Sequence record: MH791404.1
Direction: 5' to 3' (one strand)
DNA length: 64,000 nucleotides
Part shown: positions 51,135-58,449 of the stretch, piece by piece
Layout: every line of letters begins with the position of its first letter
Numbering within the stretch: the first letter of the stretch is position 1
The notes under the pieces: model-generated
The model's input: the letters and a program-made list of their open reading frames with translations, nothing else
Told to the model about the DNA's origin: nothing
The model's database searches: none
Program-made: the position numbers and the translations under genes

Positions 51135-51165
51135 TAAAGGGGTTGCTATTAAGCAACCCCTTTAT
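51135..51165 (+). terminator. Terminator after 57A
   Basis: ATAAAGGGGTTGCT-ATT-AAGCAACCCCTTTAT. Confidence 0.8.
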
Positions 51166-51168
51166 TTT

Positions 51169-51324
51169 ATGGAAGATATTCAAATGGATGACTACTTTGA
51201 TTTTGATCTAGAACGGATGCGAATCGCAGTTGAAGGAGATACAATCTATAAACCAGAAGGTATGACCGTGCGGGAGTGGTTGGATTGGTTAAAAACAGTT
51301 GACAACGAAAACAAAGAGATGTAA
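51169..51324 (+). CDS. Small hypothetical protein (51 aa)
   Basis: Hand translation MEDIQMDDYFDFDLERMRIAVEGDTIYKPEGMTVREWLDWLKTVDNENKEM. Confidence 0.55.
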   Translation: MEDIQMDDYFDFDLERMRIAVEGDTIYKPEGMTVREWLDWLKTVDNENKEM

Positions 51325-51368
51325 CCTATAGTTGTTGCCTAAATACTGTTTTATAAAGGAATGATTTT

Positions 51369-52382
51369 ATGTCTAAGATGTTTAATGAGCTGTTTGAATC
51401 TATGACTCAAGCAGTCGCGATGAAGGCTCTTGGTTTGACTGGTAAGTTTACTGATGACCAACTAAAGGCTGCATATCGCAAGGCAGCAAAGGATAACCAC
51501 CCAGACCGTGGTGGTTCCACCGAAAAAATGCAGGCAGTAAACCAAGCTTACGAAGAACTGAGAAAATCTGGTTCTCCTGCAACCCAAGAAGCTACATGGG
51601 CACAGCGAAAACAGAAACAGGAAGAAGAGAAACATGTTGTAACTAACTTCGTAACCCATATGTTTGACAAGTTTTTTGATACTCAGGCTTATCTCGACTA
51701 CTTCCAAAAGATGAGCGGTAAAAAGTTCACATTTGAACGTAAAATTACCGTTGGTACTTGGGGAACTTCTTCTGTCGATTATAAATTTACGTCGGAAGAC
51801 CGTACAGTTTTCTTTGATCTGAATGCAATGGCTCATGTGTTTATCACCAAAGCTCTGGGTGCAGGTATTGATAAACCTGAGTTGGATAAGATGGGTGTTT
51901 TCACTGAGGTTCTGATTGACCGTAAAAAAGTAAAAATGACCCAAAGCAATTACAACCAATCCGAAACTGAAAAGTTTATGAAGGATCCGAAAATCCTTTT
52001 CCCAGAAACCAAGCTAAAGAAAGCTTTTTCTGGTGATAAAAAGGTTAAACCGCTCAAGAAAGCCGATTATGTTCTTTTCGTCAAAAAAGAACTTGAAGGA
52101 AAACATTTGGGCGGTGATGATTTCGCAGTTGACATTGGTAACGGTTCCGTGATTTATTTTTCTCGTATGACATGGATGCGAAAGGGTGTATGGAATATCA
52201 GTGGTCGTACAGGAACAAAAGAACGTTGGTCTGTAACTACTCCGTTCTATGAAACTGAAACACCGGAAAACATGGATGTGATGAAAGAACTTGTACAGAC
52301 TATGAAATCTCATAGTTCTTCTGGTGGTGCTCAGATGGAAGCTCTTGTCAAGAAATTTATGTTGAAAGCTAACAAAGTTTAA
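51369..52382 (+). CDS. J-domain (DnaJ-like) protein
   Basis: LGL...QLKAAYRKAAKDNHPDRGGSTEKMQAVNQAYEEL with intact HPD; CTAAATA at 51339. Confidence 0.9.
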   Translation: MSKMFNELFESMTQAVAMKALGLTGKFTDDQLKAAYRKAAKDNHPDRGGSTEKMQAVNQAYEELRKSGSPATQEATWAQRKQKQEEEKHVVTNFVTHMFDKFFDTQAYLDYFQKMSGKKFTFERKITVGTWGTSSVDYKFTSEDRTVFFDLNAMAHVFITKALGAGIDKPELDKMGVFTEVLIDRKKVKMTQSNYNQSETEKFMKDPKILFPETKLKKAFSGDKKVKPLKKADYVLFVKKELEGKHLGGDDFAVDIGNGSVIYFSRMTWMRKGVWNISGRTGTKERWSVTTPFYETETPENMDVMKELVQTMKSHSSSGGAQMEALVKKFMLKANKV

Positions 52383-52443
52383 AATTAAAAACAGGAGATT
52401 ATAGTGTTATAATCTCCTTATAAAATAACAAAAGGAAAGATAA

Positions 52444-52668
52444 ATGATTTTTATTGCTGATATTGTAGATCCGTCTGAATTTGGTGGTGCGTCTCGTACC
52501 GTTATTGACACCAAACTGATCAAAGGTCTCTCTGAGAAGAACGGTGTTTCTTATATCACCTTTGATGTTCGTGGAACCGATAAGCAAAAAACGATTGCAG
52601 TCCATCAGGATTTCGAAGCAATTTTCTCATATATGCAGTTTGATGAACGGATCAAACTTAGCCAGTAA
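52444..52668 (+). CDS. Hypothetical protein
   Basis: 74 aa; AAGGA RBS. Confidence 0.7.
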   Translation: MIFIADIVDPSEFGGASRTVIDTKLIKGLSEKNGVSYITFDVRGTDKQKTIAVHQDFEAIFSYMQFDERIKLSQ

Positions 52669-52728
52669 AACGTATTAACACCCCTAGCGATTTTCGTTAG
52701 GGGTTTATTTTTTTTGATAGGATGGTTT

Positions 52729-52866
52729 ATGAAAGTAGTTCTTAAAAATGGTCAAGAAATCGAAGCGAAAGATGTAGTAAAATCAAAATACGATCACCTT
52801 GTTGTTACTGAACGTGCTGCATTTTGGATTGATAACAAAGAAATCAAAACCGTGGTTTGGTGGTGA
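52729..52866 (+). CDS. Small hypothetical protein (45 aa)
   Basis: Hand translation MKVVLKNGQEIEAKDVVKSKYDHLVVTERAAFWIDNKEIKTVVWW; AGGA RBS. Confidence 0.55.
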   Translation: MKVVLKNGQEIEAKDVVKSKYDHLVVTERAAFWIDNKEIKTVVWW

Positions 52867-52867
52867 T

Positions 52868-53857
52868 ATGGGTAGTTTTAATACTGTTTGTTCTGTTAGT
52901 CGTCAAATCGTTCAAGGTGGTGATAAAGTTCGCTTGATCCCAGTTGCTGGTAAACACTGTATTAGTGCTTTCCCACTTACTGCGGTGTATGACGATTATG
53001 GTGAGTTTGACATTGATGATAATCTTGCGTTAGAATGCTTAATGAAAAACGTATCCATGTTTAACGATGGTGTCTCTAAAGAGAACTTAGCCCATGGATT
53101 TTATCCATACGATGAAAATCGTTGGACAATCCCAGACCTATGGAGCAAAACAAAATACGAGACTTCTTTTATTGTAGTAAAGTCTGATGTATACGATCTC
53201 GTTTCGGAGTTTGGTATTACTTGTTGGTGGGAGAAACCTGTATACGACGTTTCTGATGCAGATGACTGGCTACCGGTAACACCGGAACGAGTCGCTAGAC
53301 ATCTTAAAACTCTCCAAGAAAGACTGAAAGAGTTGATCGAAGATAGTGAAGACCCAGAAGATGATATCCTTGTGAATCATGTTAAGATCATGATTGATAA
53401 TGTTCATATTGGTAATGCAAAACATTATGAACTTAGCAGATTGATTAAAACTCAAGATCAGATTAATGATTATGCTCATCACGACGATACAACTTATGCA
53501 ATCTTCAAAAATATTGAAGAATTTGCAAAATTAGAAAATTTTTATGCTGGTTGTAATAACTTGGATATTGTGCTAACATCACAGGAATATGGTCGTCAGA
53601 CATGCAAGCAGTTTGAAAAGGTTCGTATGATGACAAAAATCCAGATTGCTGGGTTTAACCAAACAGAAAAAATTCAGTTGACTCCGGTTGAATGGGATGT
53701 TAAGATTCCTTACTCTATGGTTGTGGAATCAACTAAACCAAATTGGTCAAATGAAGTTGATTTGATTCGAGTTGGCGACTGTCTTGAAATTACGGACTCT
53801 AAATACAATGAGTTCAAAGAGTATAAGCATGATGATGTTTATCTGAGTGAGAAATGA
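52868..53857 (+). CDS. Hypothetical protein
   Basis: MGSFNTVCSVSRQIV...FPLTAVYDDYG; ATG 52868 with GGTG RBS preferred over the track's 52799 start. Confidence 0.8.
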   Translation: MGSFNTVCSVSRQIVQGGDKVRLIPVAGKHCISAFPLTAVYDDYGEFDIDDNLALECLMKNVSMFNDGVSKENLAHGFYPYDENRWTIPDLWSKTKYETSFIVVKSDVYDLVSEFGITCWWEKPVYDVSDADDWLPVTPERVARHLKTLQERLKELIEDSEDPEDDILVNHVKIMIDNVHIGNAKHYELSRLIKTQDQINDYAHHDDTTYAIFKNIEEFAKLENFYAGCNNLDIVLTSQEYGRQTCKQFEKVRMMTKIQIAGFNQTEKIQLTPVEWDVKIPYSMVVESTKPNWSNEVDLIRVGDCLEITDSKYNEFKEYKHDDVYLSEK

Positions 53858-54107
53858 TATGATGTTTTTAGAAACAGAAAAAGTAAATTTGGTGGGAAGA
53901 ATACACCCGCTAGATATAGCAAACCAAATATGTTCTGTTCAGCCTATAGACCCTGAGCCATTTCGAAAACTATATGAGCGGGCTAAAGAGAACGAACGTA
54001 TTAAGATTCGGCTTTCTAAAGCTTTTATGGTCCCTGTATCGAGGATAGATGCATACTGTGTGGAAGCGTATCGACTTGGTATAAAAGAAAGTAAAAATAA
54101 AAGTTAA
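53847..54107 (+). CDS. Hypothetical protein
   Basis: 86 aa; contains DIANQICSVQP. Confidence 0.65.
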   Translation: MRNDMMFLETEKVNLVGRIHPLDIANQICSVQPIDPEPFRKLYERAKENERIKIRLSKAFMVPVSRIDAYCVEAYRLGIKESKNKS

Positions 54108-54144
54108 ACATCCTTTCTAACTGTGATATGATGTTTATATAAAT
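54095..54144 (+). promoter_or_regulatory. 50-bp promoter cassette upstream of tRNA-Leu(TAA), copy 1
   Basis: GTTAAAC-N17-TATGAT; one mismatch to 55261-55310. Confidence 0.75.
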
Positions 54145-54146
54145 GA

Positions 54147-54239
54147 GCGTGAGTGGCGAAGTTGGTTGAAACGCATCGGACTTAAAATCCGATACTGCAT
54201 AATGGCACATCGTGGGTTCGATTCCCACCTCACGCACCA
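54147..54239 (+). tRNA. tRNA-Leu(TAA)
   Basis: GCGTGAG acceptor stem, TCGGA-CT-TAA-AA-TCCGA, long variable arm, GTTCGA, encoded CCA. Confidence 0.92.
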
Positions 54240-54294
54240 AATACGAGATGATAAACCCAAATTCCTTTTTGTTGAATGAGCTTTTGAACGTAAA

Positions 54295-54480
54295 ATGAGT
54301 TTATCATCTCCAAAATTCAAAATTCAATATGAGATGCTTAATATGAACGTATACATCAGAAATTACATGCGCGATGTCCTTTGGAGTAGTATCTTCAATG
54401 AAGATCACTGTAAAGGTAAATGTGTTAAGATTATGCGTGGTAAACATTTGAAGCCTTTCTATCAAAAATCGAGATATTAA
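54295..54480 (+). CDS. Possible small hypothetical protein
   Basis: 61-aa ORF ending 1 nt before the next start; start uncertain. Confidence 0.35.
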   Translation: MSLSSPKFKIQYEMLNMNVYIRNYMRDVLWSSIFNEDHCKGKCVKIMRGKHLKPFYQKSRY

Positions 54481-54481
54481 A

Positions 54482-54871
54482 ATGAAAGTGAAGCTTGGTG
54501 CCTATAACCTTAATGAAAAAAGTTCATTGGTTAATACGAATGGTGTAAAATTCATTTTGAATGAACAAGTTATAGATGAGTTTTCTAAAAAACTACCTAT
54601 TCTAATCAATTTTGGTCAAAAATGTTTTAACATCGATAATGTCAGAGATACACCAGATCCGGTTGGTATTCTAAATTCCATAGAAACTTACAAGAAAGAT
54701 AATATCATTATTGTTACTGGTGATATAGAAATAACCAATGACAAAGTGTATGATGTTCATGGATGCCTTCCTTCTTTTTGTGTTCGGTCTCTGGCTAATG
54801 GTGACGGTGATACTTATAAAGTTATCGAGATCGTTGCGTGGGATATGGAAATATATGAAGGTTTATCATGA
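54482..54871 (+). CDS. Hypothetical protein
   Basis: 129 aa; ATGA-coupled to the next ORF. Confidence 0.7.
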   Translation: MKVKLGAYNLNEKSSLVNTNGVKFILNEQVIDEFSKKLPILINFGQKCFNIDNVRDTPDPVGILNSIETYKKDNIIIVTGDIEITNDKVYDVHGCLPSFCVRSLANGDGDTYKVIEIVAWDMEIYEGLS

Positions 54872-55266
54872 ATAAACATGATATTCATCTCATTGGTATT
54901 AGTAAGTTTATCAAGAAAGGTCTTACTGTGGTTCAATCAAGTTTGGTCTTCAAACAAACCAGCGAAGAATGGAAAAATATCCATGGTGTTGATGTAGACA
55001 AAATTTATTGCTATATTAACAATGATGGTAAGGATATCTATGCAATTGGTAGACTTAGATCCTGTTGTGGACCTTGGTTGAGTGTTAGTTGTCGGTCTCT
55101 CCATAAAAAAGGTTATATAGCATTTGACTTTAACGATGAAATTGAGATACCATATGGTTCGGGGATGAAAACTGCTTATAGGGTATTGTTTTCTGACACC
55201 CCTAAATACGAGTATGATGAAGAAGCCAGACATCCAGTCGCTTACTTCGAAAAATACTTCAAATAA
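54868..55266 (+). CDS. Hypothetical protein
   Basis: 132-aa ORF. Confidence 0.7.
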   Translation: MNKHDIHLIGISKFIKKGLTVVQSSLVFKQTSEEWKNIHGVDVDKIYCYINNDGKDIYAIGRLRSCCGPWLSVSCRSLHKKGYIAFDFNDEIEIPYGSGMKTAYRVLFSDTPKYEYDEEARHPVAYFEKYFK

Positions 55267-55310
55267 AAGTTAAACATCCTTTCTAACTATGATATGATGT
55301 TTATATAAAT
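55261..55310 (+). promoter_or_regulatory. 50-bp promoter cassette upstream of tRNA-Arg, copy 2
   Basis: Duplicate of 54095-54144. Confidence 0.75.
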
Positions 55311-55311
55311 T

Positions 55312-55388
55312 GCGCTGTTAGCTCAGTTGGATAGAGCAACGTTCTTCTAAAGCGTGGGTCACTGGTTCGAATCCAGTACGGCGCACCA
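55312..55388 (+). tRNA. tRNA-Arg(TCT)
   Basis: ACGTT-CT-TCT-AA-AGCGT anticodon arm; GGTTCGAATCC; CCA. Confidence 0.95.
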
Positions 55389-55472
55389 CGGGATGTGGTG
55401 AAATTGGCAGACACACTAGATTTAGGTTCTAGCGCCATAGGCGTGACGGTTCGAGTCCGTCCATCCCGACCA
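55389..55472 (+). tRNA. tRNA-Leu(TAG)
   Basis: CTAGA-TT-TAG-GT-TCTAG; variable arm; CCA; abuts tRNA-Arg. Confidence 0.95.
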
Positions 55473-55473
55473 A

Positions 55474-55549
55474 GCGGGTAAGGTGTTTATGGATACATGC
55501 AAGCCTTCCAAGTTTGAGTAGACCGGATCGTTACCGGCTACCCGCTCCA
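55474..55549 (+). tRNA. tRNA-Gly(TCC)
   Basis: GCGGGTA acceptor stem; CAAGC-CT-TCC-AA-GTTTG; atypical T loop (GATCGTT); CCA. Confidence 0.85.
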
Positions 55550-55560
55550 AGATTTAAAAT

Positions 55561-55630
55561 TGATGTGTTACAGCTATCAGCTCACCGTTGAAAGAATACG
55601 GATAAGTCGGCTCGACTAAAGAACATATCA
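55561..55630 (+). ncRNA. Cloverleaf-like structured spacer (tRNA-like ncRNA or degenerate tRNA)
   Basis: TGATGTGTT/AACATATCA closing stem around three short hairpins; no canonical T loop or CCA. Confidence 0.4.
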
Positions 55631-55633
55631 TTT

Positions 55634-55710
55634 GGCCCCTTAGCTCAGTTGGTTAGAGCAACCGACTCATAATCGGTTGGTCACTGGTTCGAGTCCAGTA
55701 GGGGCCACCA
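55634..55710 (+). tRNA. tRNA with CAT anticodon, Ile2 (lysidine)-type
   Basis: GGCCCCTTAGCTCAG...ACTCATAATC...AGGGGCCACCA closely follows E. coli tRNA-Ile2 (ileX) as recalled. Confidence 0.85.
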
Positions 55711-56074
55711 AATANNNNNNNNNNNNNNNNNNNNNNNNNNNNNNNNNNNNNNNNNNNNNNNNNNNNNNNNNNNNNNNNNNNNNNNNNNNNNNNNNNNNNN
55801 NNNNNNNNNNNNNNNNNNNNNNNNNNNNNNNNNGATATTATATCGAATTCCATATCTAAACTATCTGTTATTTATTGGTCCGATACACCTCCTTGGATAA
55901 AAGAAAATAAGATATCATGGTGTGTTGATAAAGAACGGTTGATAGATTATAATAATAAGAGCTGTTAAGAGTCCCATCGCTTCTAAAAATATCAAAAGGG
56001 ATGTTGATGCGCGTATGTAGCCGGGTTATAATGACCAAGATTCATGAAGGGTGAAAGACCACCCTAAATATCAT

Positions 56075-56152
56075 AGCGGGGTGGAGAAGTCAGGAGTTCT
56101 CGCCAGACTCATTATCTGGAAATCGGTGGTTCAAATCCACCTCCCGCTTCCA
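56075..56152 (+). tRNA. tRNA-Met(CAT), initiator-like body
   Basis: AGCGGGGTGGAG, CCAGA-CT-CAT-TA-TCTGG, GGTTCAAATCC, CCA; CTAAATA at 56064-56070. Confidence 0.88.
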
Positions 56153-56153
56153 A

Positions 56154-56229
56154 TGGCGTGTAGTTCAGTAGGTAGAACAGCGGACTGTTAATCCGTATGT
56201 CGTGGGTTCGAATCCCACCTCGCCAGCCA
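56154..56229 (+). tRNA. tRNA-Asn(GTT)
   Basis: GCGGA-CT-GTT-AA-TCCGT; GGTTCGAATCC; GCCA. Confidence 0.95.
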
Positions 56230-56235
56230 AATTCT

Positions 56236-56326
56236 GGATGTTCGGCTACGATGGCGGTGTAGCGGCGGACTGTAAATCCGTTCCCTCTGGGTAAACAAGT
56301 TGGTTCGAATCCAACAGCATCCACCA
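56236..56326 (+). tRNA. tRNA-Tyr(GTA)
   Basis: GCGGA-CT-GTA-AA-TCCGT; long variable arm; CCA. Confidence 0.92.
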
Positions 56327-56480
56327 AATAGAAGAAGTTAGAAGACGTTCTGATAAAATCCTCGGAGACGATGCCCCCTTGCGGTTTTAAACCGTTACGG
56401 ATAAGCACGGGGTAATCCAAATCAACCATTATAGGGATGTGGTCATCTGGTATGTAAAATACAGTTGGTTTGGAACTTTT

Positions 56481-56556
56481 CGGTGATTAGCGCAGTTGGT
56501 AGCGCGTCTGGTTTGGGACCAGAGGGTCACAGGTTCGAGTCCTGTATCACCGACCA
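56481..56556 (+). tRNA. tRNA-Pro(TGG)
   Basis: CGGTGAT acceptor stem; TCTGG-TT-TGG-GA-CCAGA; CCA. Confidence 0.95.
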
Positions 56557-56834
56557 CTTAGCACAAAGAACGGGTAACGACGTATGCCCCGGAATAAGCC
56601 AGCCATAGAGAATCTGGATATCCTGAAACGTGCCTTTAGGTTTCAGGCGGGATTGGTAGTATAAAGACGATATGGTAACTACTCCTTGACAAGCAGGGTT
56701 GAACTTGAGGTAACTGTCCTTTACCAAACAACGAACAGATGGACAAAATCAGTTGAACGTCCTTCCTCCTTGTGATAGCATGTCAACTACATTAGGATAT
56801 AATCACAGTCTAACGATCCTGATTATAATCCGCT

Positions 56835-56910
56835 GCCGAATTAGCTCATCTGGTAGAGCACAGCCTTTGTAACGCTGGGGTGGTCCGTTCGAGTCGGACA
56901 TTCGGCACCA
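56835..56910 (+). tRNA. tRNA-Thr(TGT)
   Basis: GCCGAAT acceptor stem; CAGCC-TT-TGT-AA-CGCTG; GTTCGAGT; CCA. Confidence 0.92.
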
Positions 56911-57170
56911 AATTTTGGATTCTCGTCAATAGTCCGGTCTATGAGAATCGACGCTTTAAGTAGCCCACCGGTATTTGTAAAAAATCTAGTGAAAGCTAGA
57001 AAATAAAAACCGAACCCCGACCTCTCCCATTACTCAAATGGTGATGTAGGTTCCTTCCCTGTAATAAGGTTCTAGTCCGTGACGGGTAAAAGGTTACATA
57101 GGGAGTATTGCTTGTGAATGACCACTGATTCAAGCCATCACATAAGCTCGTCCGTTATGACGTTAAATAT

Positions 57171-57351
57171 AAGGCTTAGATTCCCATAAGGGCCTAAGCG
57201 TAAAAGTAACGAGCAAGCNNNNNNNNNNNNNNNNNNNNNNNNNNNNNNNNNNNNNNNNNNNNNNNNNNNNNNNNNNNNNNNNNNNNNNNNNNNNNNNNNN
57301 NNAAAAGGCTTAGATTCCCATAAGGGCCTAAGCGTAAAAGTAACGAGCAAG
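57171..57351 (+). repeat. 47-nt direct repeat flanking an N gap
   Basis: AAGGCTTAGATTCCCATAAGGGCCTAAGCGTAAAAGTAACGAGCAAG at 57171-57217 and 57305-57351; gap 57219-57302. Confidence 0.85.
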
Positions 57352-57452
57352 ACCGTTTTGCAGGCGTAGCCCATTGGGGTGATGATGTTTGTATGTTGGG
57401 CTCGGATAGCCAATGCTATTAAGTCCGGTGATGGTGCGACCGGATCGATTCT

Positions 57453-57521
57453 AGGGTGTTAGTATAGTGGTATTATGCCGGATTCCAAATCCCTGGGGTT
57501 CGAATCCTCAACGCCCTGCCA
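57453..57521 (+). pseudogene. Truncated tRNA-Trp(CCA)
   Basis: Acceptor, D and T arms and CCA intact; only TCCC lies between the anticodon loop and T stem (69 nt total). Confidence 0.7.
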
Positions 57522-57742
57522 ATTTACGGAACCACATCAACAAGTATGTGCCTTGGTGGTTCGACCTGCTTTGCAGCCGCACATGAAGCTAAAACTTAAA
57601 AAGAGAGGTTGTATATGTCACCGCTAAACGCAAGCCGTTAGGACGTAAAGGTAAAAATAGTGTTTTTGTAAATGGTTATACCAATAATGGTATTCCGGTT
57701 TTATGTAATGTATTTTATCAGTTTGAAACAAATGGTATTCCA

Positions 57743-57937
57743 TTGGATATTCTGATAGAGAAATTTTATAATTCCGGTTATATTATTGATTGGGTTTCTT
57801 TCGTTAATGATGCTTTCAAGATCGGATGGAAGAAAGAAACTGTAATAAAAAAGATAAAGTATGCATTTGATGATATTGAGATAAATGATTCAAATGAAAT
57901 ACTAAACCGTGTGATTAAATACATAGAAAGCCTGTAA
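57743..57937 (+). CDS. Hypothetical protein (true start uncertain; frame open from 57593)
   Basis: ETNGIPLDILIEKF...IDWVSFVNDAFKIGWKKETVIKKI; no ATG in frame. Confidence 0.55.
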   Translation: MDILIEKFYNSGYIIDWVSFVNDAFKIGWKKETVIKKIKYAFDDIEINDSNEILNRVIKYIESL

Positions 57938-57947
57938 GGAATGATAT

Positions 57948-58199
57948 ATGGGTAAGACATTTCGTCGTAAAAATGAAAAACATCTGGACAGTTGGTATGG
58001 TGATGAACTTAAAGTGAATCGGGATCTGGGAGATAAATATCCTAGTTATCCAGAATCGGGTGTCAAAGATCGTTATAATACATTGAGTCGTCAGCGAGAT
58101 CGTAAATTGAAACATGATATCATGCACGGTAATCACGATGTTTTTGTTGATGATGATTACGAAATGAAAAAGGCTAACGCCGGTTATCAATATAGTTAA
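57948..58199 (+). CDS. Hypothetical protein (MGKT.RRK family of T4-type phages)
   Basis: 83 aa; AAGGA RBS. Confidence 0.75.
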   Translation: MGKTFRRKNEKHLDSWYGDELKVNRDLGDKYPSYPESGVKDRYNTLSRQRDRKLKHDIMHGNHDVFVDDDYEMKKANAGYQYS

Positions 58200-58209
58200 G
58201 ATTTTAAAG

Positions 58210-58449
58210 TGTACGCGCCCCAAGAGTGGCGCAGCGGCGTCAAACAATACGAGTCAAGGGTAAAGGTGATACCCTGTATTGTCACTAGACGAAAAGAGAC
58301 CATATTGCCTCGATTATGGTCCCCGTTTTAAAGAGGGTGGTGTGACCTACCACTATCACAAGGTTGTTGTCTGACACCAAAGACAACGTTCGGCAACGGG
58401 GACTTTATCTTGCTTTGACTGGCTTGATATAGTCCCCGTTTTTCTTTTT
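58210..58449 (+). ncRNA. Highly structured non-coding leader ending in a terminator
   Basis: Eight stems seen by eye, ending in AACGGGGACT/AGTCCCCGTT plus T run; no ORF. Confidence 0.65.

Noticed and set aside
54025-54320. Minus-strand ORFs over tRNA genes (also 55653-55853, 56112-56429)
   Set aside because: Translations of antisense tRNA sequence; not genes.
54482-54871. Faint resemblance to a prohead-protease fold (PVG...VTGDIEI...SFCVRSL)
   Set aside because: Catalytic His/Ser context is not identifiable by eye; kept as hypothetical pending HHpred.
57171-57351. 47-nt repeat pair as a CRISPR array
   Set aside because: Only two copies, separated by an N gap; no spacers or cas genes visible; contig-end overlap is the simplest explanation.
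56557-57452. tmRNA, RNase P RNA or SRP RNA in the tRNA spacers
   Set aside because: Hallmarks are absent: no GGGGC...TTCGA...CCACCA tmRNA ends, no GAGGAAAGTCC P4 element, no GGAA/AGCAG SRP loop.
57523-57650. Possible ncRNA closed by TTTACG/CGTAAA after tRNA-Trp
   Set aside because: The stem is only 6 bp and the 3' half overlaps a protein-like open frame; chance pairing is likely.
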